Shown here: one piece after another, positions 1-7,752 of the stretch
How the letters are laid out: each line of letters starts with the position of its first letter
Numbering within the stretch: position 1 is the stretch's first letter
From: an uncultured Gammaproteobacteria bacterium
Lineage (GTDB): Bacteria > Patescibacteriota > Microgenomatia > UBA10105 > UBA927
Direction of reading: 5' to 3'
Length of the DNA stretch: 64,000 bases
NCBI GenBank assembly: GCA_964553825.1
Contig: CAZKLT010000001.1
Coordinates: 126,989 to 190,988 of the forward strand
The notes under the pieces: generated by a model
What the model saw: the letters and a program-made list of their open reading frames with translations, nothing else
Told to the model about the DNA's origin: nothing
The model's database searches: none
Made by a program: the position numbers and the translations under genes

Positions 1-2
1 CA

Positions 3-572
3 GAGCAGGAATTCTTAAAATTCGCCAGGGAAGGGTACATGTTTCCGGACACGTATCTCATACCCAGAGATGCCACTGCAGGAGGAATAGTGCAGATGTT
101 TGTAGATAATTTTAATAAGAAAGTTACGCCTCAGATGCGTGAAGATTCCAAGAAAAGCGGTTTAACTTTTGAGCAGGTGATTGTTCTCGCGTCGATAGTA
201 GAGCGTGAAGGGCGGTCAGCAGCTGACAGACCTGTTATTGCAGGAATACTTCTGAAGCGACTACAGAATGATTGGCCGCTTCAAGCAGATGCGACGCTTC
301 AGTACGCACTAGGGTATCAATCGTTTGAGAAGTCATGGTGGAAAAAGGCTTTGACGAATGCTGATAAGGAGGTGAAATCCCCGTTTAACACCTATGAAAA
401 TCCTGGATTGCCGCCTCACCCAATAGCTAACCCCGGCATAGAATCGATTAAGGCGGTTATTTATGCGAAAGAATCTCCGTATTGGTACTATCTTCATGAT
501 CCCACCGGTGGCGTGCACTACGGAGCAACGCTCGAAGAACATAACGCCAATATAGAACAATACCTTCGATAG
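3..572 (+). CDS. mltG: Endolytic transglycosylase MltG/YceG (5'-truncated by window edge)
   Basis: EGYMFPDTY, LASIVERE (catalytic Glu), LQADAT, SPFNTY..PGLPPHPIANPG and T(L)EEH motifs; reading frame is open from position 3. Confidence 0.93.
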   Translation, partial: EQEFLKFAREGYMFPDTYLIPRDATAGGIVQMFVDNFNKKVTPQMREDSKKSGLTFEQVIVLASIVEREGRSAADRPVIAGILLKRLQNDWPLQADATLQYALGYQSFEKSWWKKALTNADKEVKSPFNTYENPGLPPHPIANPGIESIKAVIYAKESPYWYYLHDPTGGVHYGATLEEHNANIEQYLR

Positions 573-582
573 ACGATTTTCT

Positions 583-2268
583 ATGCGACGAATCAGCATT
601 TGGTTTATTGGTTTTTTTGCTTCGTTGATGATCGTCGCATCTCCAGTCAGCGCGGAAGAAATCACTTCGTACGATACGGTGTTTACCATACAACGTGATG
701 GAGCTGTTGCCGTCCGGGAGCGTATTCTTTATGATTTTGGTTCTGAAGAGCGCCATGGAATATTCAGAGTGATTCCGGTGCTCAAAATGAATTCCAGTGG
801 AAAGAAATTCGTACTATCTTTTTCAAATTTTTCCGTGAGCGATGACAAAGGGGCTGCGTATGCCTATTCCGAAAGTCAGAAAGACAATGAAATTACTCTT
901 AAGATAGGAAATCCCGATGTCACTATCCGCGGGGAGCATATATATGATATTTCCTATCTCGTTGGCGGAGGACTCACATATTTCTCGGACCATGACGAGT
1001 TTTACTGGAACATAACCGGAAATAAATGGGAAGTACCGATAGCATCTGCCTCATCGCGCATTGTGCTCCCTGCAGAAGTGGCGGAGGAAGATATTGCCGT
1101 AACCTGTTATACCGGTATTGACGGGAGCACACAAAGGGCGTGTACGTGGACGTATCATTCCGCCGAAAGGACGGTTGCGGTTGATCTGACAAGCAGATTG
1201 TCCCCCTATGAAGGTTTGACTATCGTTGTAGGATTTCCCAAGGGACTCGTTGCACGTATTGAGCCGAAGGAGTATATCCCTTTTTGGGAAACAACCCAGG
1301 GAGTTTTCCTCTTAGGAGCACTTATTGTGGCTGCGTTTTTGTGGTACGTCGTTGCGCCGCTTATTTTGCCTGTTATTTGGTGGAAATACGGACGAGATCC
1401 TTCTGTCCCTGTCGGTGTCGCAACGGCCTGGTTTAGCGCTCCGAAAGGTAGGCATGGTCGTCTATTGAGTCCTGGAGAAACAGGAACGCTTATGGATGAG
1501 CGGGCGGACAATTCCGATATAACCGCAACGATTATTGATTTAGCAAGAAGAGGGTATCTACGTATAGAGGAAAAAACAAAGGGTGATATTCATCTTAAGA
1601 AAGTATCATCAGGTACCAGTGAAGACACACTACGGCCGTTCGAAAGAACGCTGCTGGAAGGAATATTTAAATCAAAAAATGAAATAACACTAAAAACAGC
1701 TCGCCTTGATACTGTCGTCAGGGAGACGAAAATTCTGTTACATGATGCTGTCGTTGACGAGGGGTTTTTTCCGAAAAATCCTCAGTCTGTTCGCACCGCC
1801 TATACTGCAGGGAGCATCTTTGCATTGATGACAGGAAACTTCTTATTGTTTCTTTCAGTGCTATTATTTGGCTATCATATGCCCAGAAAAACCCTTTCGG
1901 GAGCGTCAGCAGCAAACGTCGCACGAGCCCTAAAAAAATTTATTACGAGCCAGGAGCGCCAGTTTGCGTTCCAGGCAGAGAGGCAACTCTTGTTTGAGAA
2001 AATGCTTCCGTTTGCCGTGGCTTTTGGCGTTGAAAAAATCTGGATAGCACGGTTTGCTCAGATGCACCTAAAGTCACCTCATTGGTATCAGGGGTATTCT
2101 TCGGGAGGAAGGTTTAACGCCCTAGTATTTGCAGATTCTCTTCATCGTGCATCTTCCGGAATAACACATGCAGCGACGCCTGTTTCTTCGACGAGTGGAT
2201 TCTCATCGGGATTTTCTGGAGGATCCTCAGGCGGCGGGGGCGGGGGAGGCGGCGGGGGCAGTTGGTAG
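583..2268 (+). CDS. DUF2207 family predicted membrane protein
   Basis: Signal peptide, RHGIFR, DEFYWNITG, WWKYGRDP, TIIDLARRGYL, LPFAVAFG and C-terminal GGGGGGSW. Confidence 0.88.
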   Translation: MRRISIWFIGFFASLMIVASPVSAEEITSYDTVFTIQRDGAVAVRERILYDFGSEERHGIFRVIPVLKMNSSGKKFVLSFSNFSVSDDKGAAYAYSESQKDNEITLKIGNPDVTIRGEHIYDISYLVGGGLTYFSDHDEFYWNITGNKWEVPIASASSRIVLPAEVAEEDIAVTCYTGIDGSTQRACTWTYHSAERTVAVDLTSRLSPYEGLTIVVGFPKGLVARIEPKEYIPFWETTQGVFLLGALIVAAFLWYVVAPLILPVIWWKYGRDPSVPVGVATAWFSAPKGRHGRLLSPGETGTLMDERADNSDITATIIDLARRGYLRIEEKTKGDIHLKKVSSGTSEDTLRPFERTLLEGIFKSKNEITLKTARLDTVVRETKILLHDAVVDEGFFPKNPQSVRTAYTAGSIFALMTGNFLLFLSVLLFGYHMPRKTLSGASAANVARALKKFITSQERQFAFQAERQLLFEKMLPFAVAFGVEKIWIARFAQMHLKSPHWYQGYSSGGRFNALVFADSLHRASSGITHAATPVSSTSGFSSGFSGGSSGGGGGGGGGGSW

Positions 2269-2441
2269 ATATTCTCTACCCTAAAGCACAAGGAGAGAGA
2301 AGTTTTTTACCTTTGCATATTATGCAGGCGGGTACAGCGGAATCTTTATTAGCAGACATGGGAATAAAGAAGGCATGAACGGGTCGGATCAGGAAGCTTG
2401 AAGAATGTGGAATTAAAAACACGCTCGACTAAGTGTCTAAG

Positions 2442-2771
2442 TCAGCGATCGGCCGTCGTTATTTCCCTGAGCACCTTTGCCTTCACCGCATTTGCAGTTT
2501 TTAGAATTTGTTTCTCTATGTCTGTGGTGATTCGTTCTTTGAGAAACTCCAGGATTTTTTTATCCTCCGGAATGGTGTGGAAGTGAATTAGGAATGTCTC
2601 GTGATGTTTTCTGGGAAGGTTCGCAAAAATCGTAGCAAGTATTTCTTGATGCATGGTGCGATCAATTATTTCGAGCAATTCTGCTTGTTCATCTTTCGGA
2701 ATGTTCCGTTCGTCGAATAACGCAACGACTTCCTCGATAATGACAAGATGGTCATAGAAGAGTTTTTTCAT
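2442..2771 (-). CDS. Hypothetical small helical protein, translationally coupled to the upstream 301-aa gene
   Basis: 109-aa ORF; ATGA overlap at 2768-2771; amphipathic helical pattern. Confidence 0.75.
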   Translation of the reverse strand: MKKLFYDHLVIIEEVVALFDERNIPKDEQAELLEIIDRTMHQEILATIFANLPRKHHETFLIHFHTIPEDKKILEFLKERITTDIEKQILKTANAVKAKVLREITTADR

Positions 2772-3673
2772 TTTGCTTCCTTTGCTAACGCCGTGTGCGT
2801 TTCTTTTTTTACCGGACCAAGCGGAATAGTATTATTCGGATCGTCGACGAACAGTATTACGACTGGCCCTTTTTGGGCGCCGTCTTTTGACTCAAGGTAA
2901 TGCATCACTTCGGGTGACCCGCCAAAGCTTTTTCCGGTAAATTTGGCAGGTCCTGCATCAGCAACGACTGCGATAATGGCCTTGCCGTTTTTTGGATTCA
3001 TTACCATTACCTTTCGGTATTTATACCATTCCCGGAGGTGAGAGAGTCGTTCTTCCCAGTCGGGAAGATAGAGTGTCTGCACCGCGACATAGTATTTTTC
3101 CTTTTCATATAAATCCTGTGTCATTTGCGCTTTGGAAGGAGCAAAGTAGCTCCATGCGCCTCGTCCAGGGGTTATGCCAGACTCCCGGTATGCATCCTGT
3201 GGTTCCATCGTGTCGCCTGGGTAACGAGGCAGATGCTGTTCCGCGCCGATGTAGCCATATGTTGTATTGAGGTGTTCACCGTCGAGGCGGGCTTTTACCG
3301 GAATATTCCAGCCCAGGTGAACGAGTTTTTCTATGGCGTCTTCTTCATCCGGCGTTAGTGGTCTGGGATGAGACGGCAGAAGCGCGTTCAGGTTTGCCCG
3401 AAAAATATCTTGCAACTGATCTGCTGGCATGGAGGAAAGCTTTTCCGTTTGCTTGGGAAGATGGTTGAGAAGTGGATTGGAAAGAAACATAGCGCCAGCA
3501 AGCGCACTGGCACTAGCAAGTTTACCTGCCTGGTGCCGGATATGTTTTACCTGCAAACCACGCGTCTTGAACCATTTTGTAACATGGGGATAGGTTCCAT
3601 GAAGCTTTTTTTCTGAAAGCTCTGCATGACGCTCCAGTGCCTGACGTAATTTTGAGGTGTCGAGAGTAGTCAT
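2768..3673 (-). CDS. Hypothetical protein with C-terminal RlpA-like double-psi beta-barrel region
   Basis: KVMVMNPKNGKAIIAVVADAGP resembles RlpA VRVTNxxNGKSVVVRVNDRGP; weak hydrophobic segment at about aa 52-65. Confidence 0.6.
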   Translation of the reverse strand: MTTLDTSKLRQALERHAELSEKKLHGTYPHVTKWFKTRGLQVKHIRHQAGKLASASALAGAMFLSNPLLNHLPKQTEKLSSMPADQLQDIFRANLNALLPSHPRPLTPDEEDAIEKLVHLGWNIPVKARLDGEHLNTTYGYIGAEQHLPRYPGDTMEPQDAYRESGITPGRGAWSYFAPSKAQMTQDLYEKEKYYVAVQTLYLPDWEERLSHLREWYKYRKVMVMNPKNGKAIIAVVADAGPAKFTGKSFGGSPEVMHYLESKDGAQKGPVVILFVDDPNNTIPLGPVKKETHTALAKEAK

Positions 3674-3684
3674 GAATATATAAC

Positions 3685-3696
3685 TATTGTACTATA
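3685..3696. promoter_or_regulatory. Overlapping divergent -10 elements (TATTGTACTATA)
   Basis: TACTAT (+) lies 7 nt before ATG 3703; TACAAT (-) lies 12 nt before ATG 3673; identical 12-mer at 6288-6299. Confidence 0.6.
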
Positions 3697-3702
3697 GAGC
3701 AC

Positions 3703-4296
3703 ATGCCAAAAAACGTTTCTGATTTGCATGAAATTGTGCTCGGCACACAGAAAATTGTTTATGAGGTTCGCGTGAGTCCGAGGGCGAGATATCTGCGAAT
3801 GACGATGAATATGGTCGGTGGACTCACGGTGACCGTTCCTCGGTTCGGCGGGAGACACTTGGTTGAAGATTTTCTGAGAGAAAAGGCGGCATGGATTCTC
3901 CTGCACCATAATCGGATTAAGAAGTTGAAAGAAAAGACGGTGCTTCCACAGAGTAACGAAGCGTACACGCGGAATAAAAATAGTTTTCTAAAGCGAATTA
4001 AGGAGCGATTGGAATTTTTTAATGGTTTGTATCGATTCTCTTACCGGAATGTACGTATTGGAAATCAACGATCTTTATGGGGCAGTTGTAGCCGGTCGGG
4101 AAATCTTCAATTTAATTTTAAGTTGAGTTATCTCCCACAGGAAGCGATAGATTATGTTGTGGTGCACGAATTATGTCACTTACAAGAGCACAATCATGGG
4201 CCCAAATTCTGGGCTCTTGTTTCCAAAACAATACCCCAACACAGGAAAATACGAAAAACGTTGCGTGGATATATCCTCAATAGTGAGGTGTTATAA
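3703..4296 (+). CDS. YgjP/DUF45 (M48/SprT-like) zinc-dependent hydrolase
   Basis: QRSLWGSCS, IDYVVVHELCHL (HExxH) and NHGPKFW. Confidence 0.9.
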   Translation: MPKNVSDLHEIVLGTQKIVYEVRVSPRARYLRMTMNMVGGLTVTVPRFGGRHLVEDFLREKAAWILLHHNRIKKLKEKTVLPQSNEAYTRNKNSFLKRIKERLEFFNGLYRFSYRNVRIGNQRSLWGSCSRSGNLQFNFKLSYLPQEAIDYVVVHELCHLQEHNHGPKFWALVSKTIPQHRKIRKTLRGYILNSEVL

Positions 4297-4308
4297 TGGT
4301 GCGACGTT

Positions 4309-5364
4309 ATGCAAACTACGATTCTTTGCCCGCATTGTAAAACAGAAATCGAGCTTAAGGATGCGCTTATACACCAGATAGAAGAAAAAGTGCTCGGGGA
4401 TGAGCGCAGAAAGCACGATGAAGAAGTGGCAGATTATAAAAAGAAACTTGAGCTTGCCCAGAACGCGGAGCTAGAAATCAGGAAACAGAAAAATCAGCTC
4501 GATGAGGAACGGCGTACTTTGAAACTCGAAATACAAAGACAAATGGACGAGGAACGAGCAAAAATTCGGGAAAAAACAGCAGAAGAAGTCATGGAGTCAC
4601 AGCGACTAAAAGACAAAGAAAAAGATAAGGTAATCGACGATCTCAAAAAAGCGCTGGACGACGCCCAACGAAAAGCCTCGCAGGGGTCGCAGCAACTTCA
4701 GGGCGAAGTTCAGGAATTAGACCTGGAGTCTACACTCAGAAATATTATGGTGACTGATCTTATCGAGCCTGTCGCCAAAGGAGTACTTGGAGCTGATATT
4801 CGACAGGTAGTGAAAACACAGCGCGGAAATACCTGTGGAACCATTTTATGGGAATCGAAACGAACAAAAGCCTGGTCGGACGGCTGGATAGCAAAATTGA
4901 AGGAAGATCAGTTGAAAGACAAGGCAAATGTTGCGGCTATCGTTTCTGATGTGCTCCCTGAAGAAATAAAATCCGGTATCGGCCTGAAAGACGGAATTTG
5001 GGTTTGTTCGACAAAACTCGTTGTTCCGTTGGCGATGCTTCTACATAAAGCGATAGAAGACGCAGCAAGGCAAAAATTTATCTCTGATAGACGACAAACA
5101 GATGCAGAGCGCATTTATGCAGTCGTTACGAGTCATGAGTTTGTCCAGCAAGTGGACTCAATGATGGAGACGTATGCACAGATGCTGGAACAAATTACGA
5201 AAGAACGGAATGTCTTTGAAAAGTCCTGGAAAGCGCGGGAATCCCAGGTGCGCCATCTCATGCTTGGAGTGTCGGGAATTGTAGGTCAACTGCAGGATGC
5301 TGCGGGACCCGCGTTACCAGTCATAAAAAGCCTGGAACTTCATGGTGAAGACGAACAATCATAA
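4309..5364 (+). CDS. DUF2130 family coiled-coil protein
   Basis: N-terminal CPHC, coiled coil, GSQQLQGEVQEL, GADI and ILWESKRTKAW (PD-(D/E)XK-like). Confidence 0.85.
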   Translation: MQTTILCPHCKTEIELKDALIHQIEEKVLGDERRKHDEEVADYKKKLELAQNAELEIRKQKNQLDEERRTLKLEIQRQMDEERAKIREKTAEEVMESQRLKDKEKDKVIDDLKKALDDAQRKASQGSQQLQGEVQELDLESTLRNIMVTDLIEPVAKGVLGADIRQVVKTQRGNTCGTILWESKRTKAWSDGWIAKLKEDQLKDKANVAAIVSDVLPEEIKSGIGLKDGIWVCSTKLVVPLAMLLHKAIEDAARQKFISDRRQTDAERIYAVVTSHEFVQQVDSMMETYAQMLEQITKERNVFEKSWKARESQVRHLMLGVSGIVGQLQDAAGPALPVIKSLELHGEDEQS

Positions 5365-6282
5365 CCGCGCGTCCACCGTGTAAACACCGAAGTCTTTCCC
5401 TCCCAGTTCGTATTTGTACCGCTCAGATCCCTGAAGGAAATTGTATTCCTGAAAGCCTTTTTCAATCGCGCGTTTAATGCTTTGTGCTTTCAGATAAAAT
5501 CCGGCGTTCTGACAACACGATCGGTCAAATCCGGAGTTGTAGAGATAATAGGTTTTATCATGGGTAAATGAAAGTGTTCCTGCTGCGGGCTTTCCGTCGA
5601 TGGTAAGCAGGAGAAGCGAGGTCTGATCGGAAAATGCGCCGACCATTTTAACGAAGAATGTTTTCATTTGATCAGTTAAGAATTTTTCTTTTGCTGAATC
5701 TTTCTGCATAAGGGTCAGAAAGATATGTATGTCTCGCACAGGATCGCTACTCTCATTGATGATTGCGTTTACATGTTCGCGCTCAAACTTTCGCAGTTTT
5801 CGTTCGAGTTCATGGCGATATTTTCGCGTGAGCGATGACAAATATTCATCCCATGTCCCAGGAAGCGCTACTTTTGGCGTTGTATCCTCTTTTTGTAACG
5901 TCGTGTGTGGCTGGCGGGAAAAAAATGTGAGTGTGGATGAGGACTCCGGGATATTTCTTAGATGAATATGGGTAATGTGTAGACTCTTTAAGTAGGAGAG
6001 TAATTCCACCCACGCGGTTTGTTTTTCTACAGACGATCCCAGTACATCCAAATAATCGGCGATTTCCTCTCCTCCAGAAAAGCTAATCTTATGACCTTTC
6101 CTCATGAAAGGGGCAAGAACGGTATCGTTAACGTGAAGTACGAATGCATTATCTTCTTCCTGGAAGACGTCATACCATATCCGGTGCCAGTCGTAACAAA
6201 CAAATGGAACTGGAAGGTCATTCTTGTGGCATGCATGGAGCCATATATCTTTTGCTTGGCTAAAGGGGACTTGTGTAATCAT
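5359..6282 (-). CDS. GNAT family acetyltransferase (CelD/BcsL-like)
   Basis: ADYLD, WDEYLSSL..KYR, YLYNSGFD and FLQGSERYKYELG. Confidence 0.82.
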   Translation of the reverse strand: MITQVPFSQAKDIWLHACHKNDLPVPFVCYDWHRIWYDVFQEEDNAFVLHVNDTVLAPFMRKGHKISFSGGEEIADYLDVLGSSVEKQTAWVELLSYLKSLHITHIHLRNIPESSSTLTFFSRQPHTTLQKEDTTPKVALPGTWDEYLSSLTRKYRHELERKLRKFEREHVNAIINESSDPVRDIHIFLTLMQKDSAKEKFLTDQMKTFFVKMVGAFSDQTSLLLLTIDGKPAAGTLSFTHDKTYYLYNSGFDRSCCQNAGFYLKAQSIKRAIEKGFQEYNFLQGSERYKYELGGKDFGVYTVDARL

Positions 6283-6287
6283 CGCAA

Positions 6288-6299
6288 TATTGTACTATA
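6288..6299. promoter_or_regulatory. Overlapping divergent -10 elements (TATTGTACTATA)
   Basis: TACAAT (-) lies 6 nt before ATG 6282; TACTAT (+) lies 12 nt before ATG 6311. Confidence 0.6.
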
Positions 6300-6310
6300 T
6301 CGCTACGACT

Positions 6311-7150
6311 ATGGTGAAAGACAAATTTTCCGCGGTGTGGGTTTCTCACTCATCGATCAGTGATTATTTGAAGTGTCCTCGCGCATATTTTTTAAAAAAT
6401 ATATATCGGGATCCGAAAACAGGCCATAAAATCATGCTCATGCAGCCGCCGTTAGCATTGGGTCAGGTAGTTCATGAAGTTATTGAGTCATTATCCAAGT
6501 TTCCGGCTACGGAAAGAAAATTTGATACCCTGCTGTCGCAGTATGAATCGACCTGGAGCACGGTAGCGGGGAAGCTGGGGGGATTTGCGAGTGCTGAAGA
6601 GGAAGAGAAATTTAAATCCCGCGGAGCACGTATGATTCAACGCATAATGGATAATCCGGGGAGATTAAAAAACAAAGCCATTAAACTCAGGCAGGACCTC
6701 CCGTATTTTTGGCTGTCTGAGGAGAGTAATATTATTCTCTGCGGAAAAATTGACTGGCTTGAATATAAAGAGGAAACAGATAGCGTGCATATTATTGACT
6801 TTAAAACCGGAAAATTTGATGAGGATCCTGATTCTCTTCAGTTGCCTATATATTTGCTCTTAACTTCGCGTTGCCAGTCCCGACCCGTTTCAGGAGCAAG
6901 TTATTGGTATGTGGATCGCGATGATGCGCCGGTTGAAGTAACACTTCCCGATCCAAAAGAGTCAGAGGCCAGGGTATTGGAAGCTGCCAACAAAATTCAT
7001 TTGGCGCGTAAACTGGAGCACTTTAAATGTCCACAGAAAGAAGGATGCAGAGTGTGTTTACCCTATGAATCAATTATCGGCGGCCAAGCAACATTTGTCG
7101 GAATCGGCGGGTACTCTCAGGATATTTATATCGCTATCCGACGAACGTAG
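6311..7150 (+). CDS. PD-(D/E)XK nuclease family protein (RecB/AddB-like)
   Basis: SHSSISDYLKCPRAY, GQVVHEVIE, GKID, IIDFKTG, QLPIY and C-terminal C..C..C (possible Fe-S staple); start moved to MVKDKF. Confidence 0.85.
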   Translation: MVKDKFSAVWVSHSSISDYLKCPRAYFLKNIYRDPKTGHKIMLMQPPLALGQVVHEVIESLSKFPATERKFDTLLSQYESTWSTVAGKLGGFASAEEEEKFKSRGARMIQRIMDNPGRLKNKAIKLRQDLPYFWLSEESNIILCGKIDWLEYKEETDSVHIIDFKTGKFDEDPDSLQLPIYLLLTSRCQSRPVSGASYWYVDRDDAPVEVTLPDPKESEARVLEAANKIHLARKLEHFKCPQKEGCRVCLPYESIIGGQATFVGIGGYSQDIYIAIRRT

Positions 7151-7151
7151 C

Positions 7152-7568
7152 TTATGCCCAAAGCGCGAGAATTCCACCCATCACCAGGAGCGTTGTTAAC
7201 TGGTAGCCGGTATTGATAAGGAAAAGCTTCCATTGTTTCCCTCCGAAGAGAACTTCGGTAAGCTGAACTGGGGCTACAAATCCAAGCCAAACGAGAAATG
7301 AAAGATACATGCCTTCTGCAAGAGTCATCGCTGGAATTGTTTTAATAAACATTGTGAGAATTACTCCCGTAACAAGCGTGGCCACAAACGAAAGTCCATA
7401 GAGCATGCCCATTTGTTTTTTGGCTTTATCCAGACTCTTTGGGGTATGTCCCATGAGTTTCATCCACGGAGTTCCGAAAAGCATTGGTGAATACCAAAAA
7501 AATCCGATACCCATCGAGGCGATGGCAGCCAGGAAAACGACCAGATAATTCATATATGTTTCCAGCAT
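7152..7568 (-). CDS. DUF1761 family membrane protein
   Basis: GFFWYSPMLFGTPWM and LFLINTGYQL; 4 TM segments; AGGAGG SD before ATG 7568. Confidence 0.85.
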   Translation of the reverse strand: MLETYMNYLVVFLAAIASMGIGFFWYSPMLFGTPWMKLMGHTPKSLDKAKKQMGMLYGLSFVATLVTGVILTMFIKTIPAMTLAEGMYLSFLVWLGFVAPVQLTEVLFGGKQWKLFLINTGYQLTTLLVMGGILALWA

Positions 7569-7638
7569 AGTACTTTTCCTCCTACCTTTATTGTAGCCAA
7601 TTCCCAGAGTGGTGTTGCAAGGGGTAAATGTGTGGGTA

Positions 7639-7666
7639 TTGACAACGCGCCAAAACACTATATAAT
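7639..7666 (+). promoter_or_regulatory. sigma70 promoter of rpoBC
   Basis: Consensus TTGACA-N16-TATAAT. Confidence 0.8.
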
Positions 7667-7690
7667 TTGAAGGTAAGTCAATAGTTACAT

Positions 7691-7718
7691 AGGCGAACGC
7701 TCATTGTTCGCTTCTTTT
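7691..7718 (+). promoter_or_regulatory. Hairpin plus U-rich tract in the rpoB leader
   Basis: AGGCGAACG-ctcat-TGTTCGCTT followed by CTTTT. Confidence 0.5.
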
Positions 7719-7752
7719 CGTCGTTCTTTTTGATAGTATAAGGAATTATCAG

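Noticed and set aside
2200-2268. G-rich GGC repeat as G-quadruplex or contingency locus
   Set aside because: Encodes the normal poly-Gly tail of DUF2207 proteins
6311-7150. Cas4 / CRISPR-Cas system
   Set aside because: No cas1/cas2 or repeat-spacer array anywhere in the window; it is a stand-alone PD-(D/E)XK nuclease
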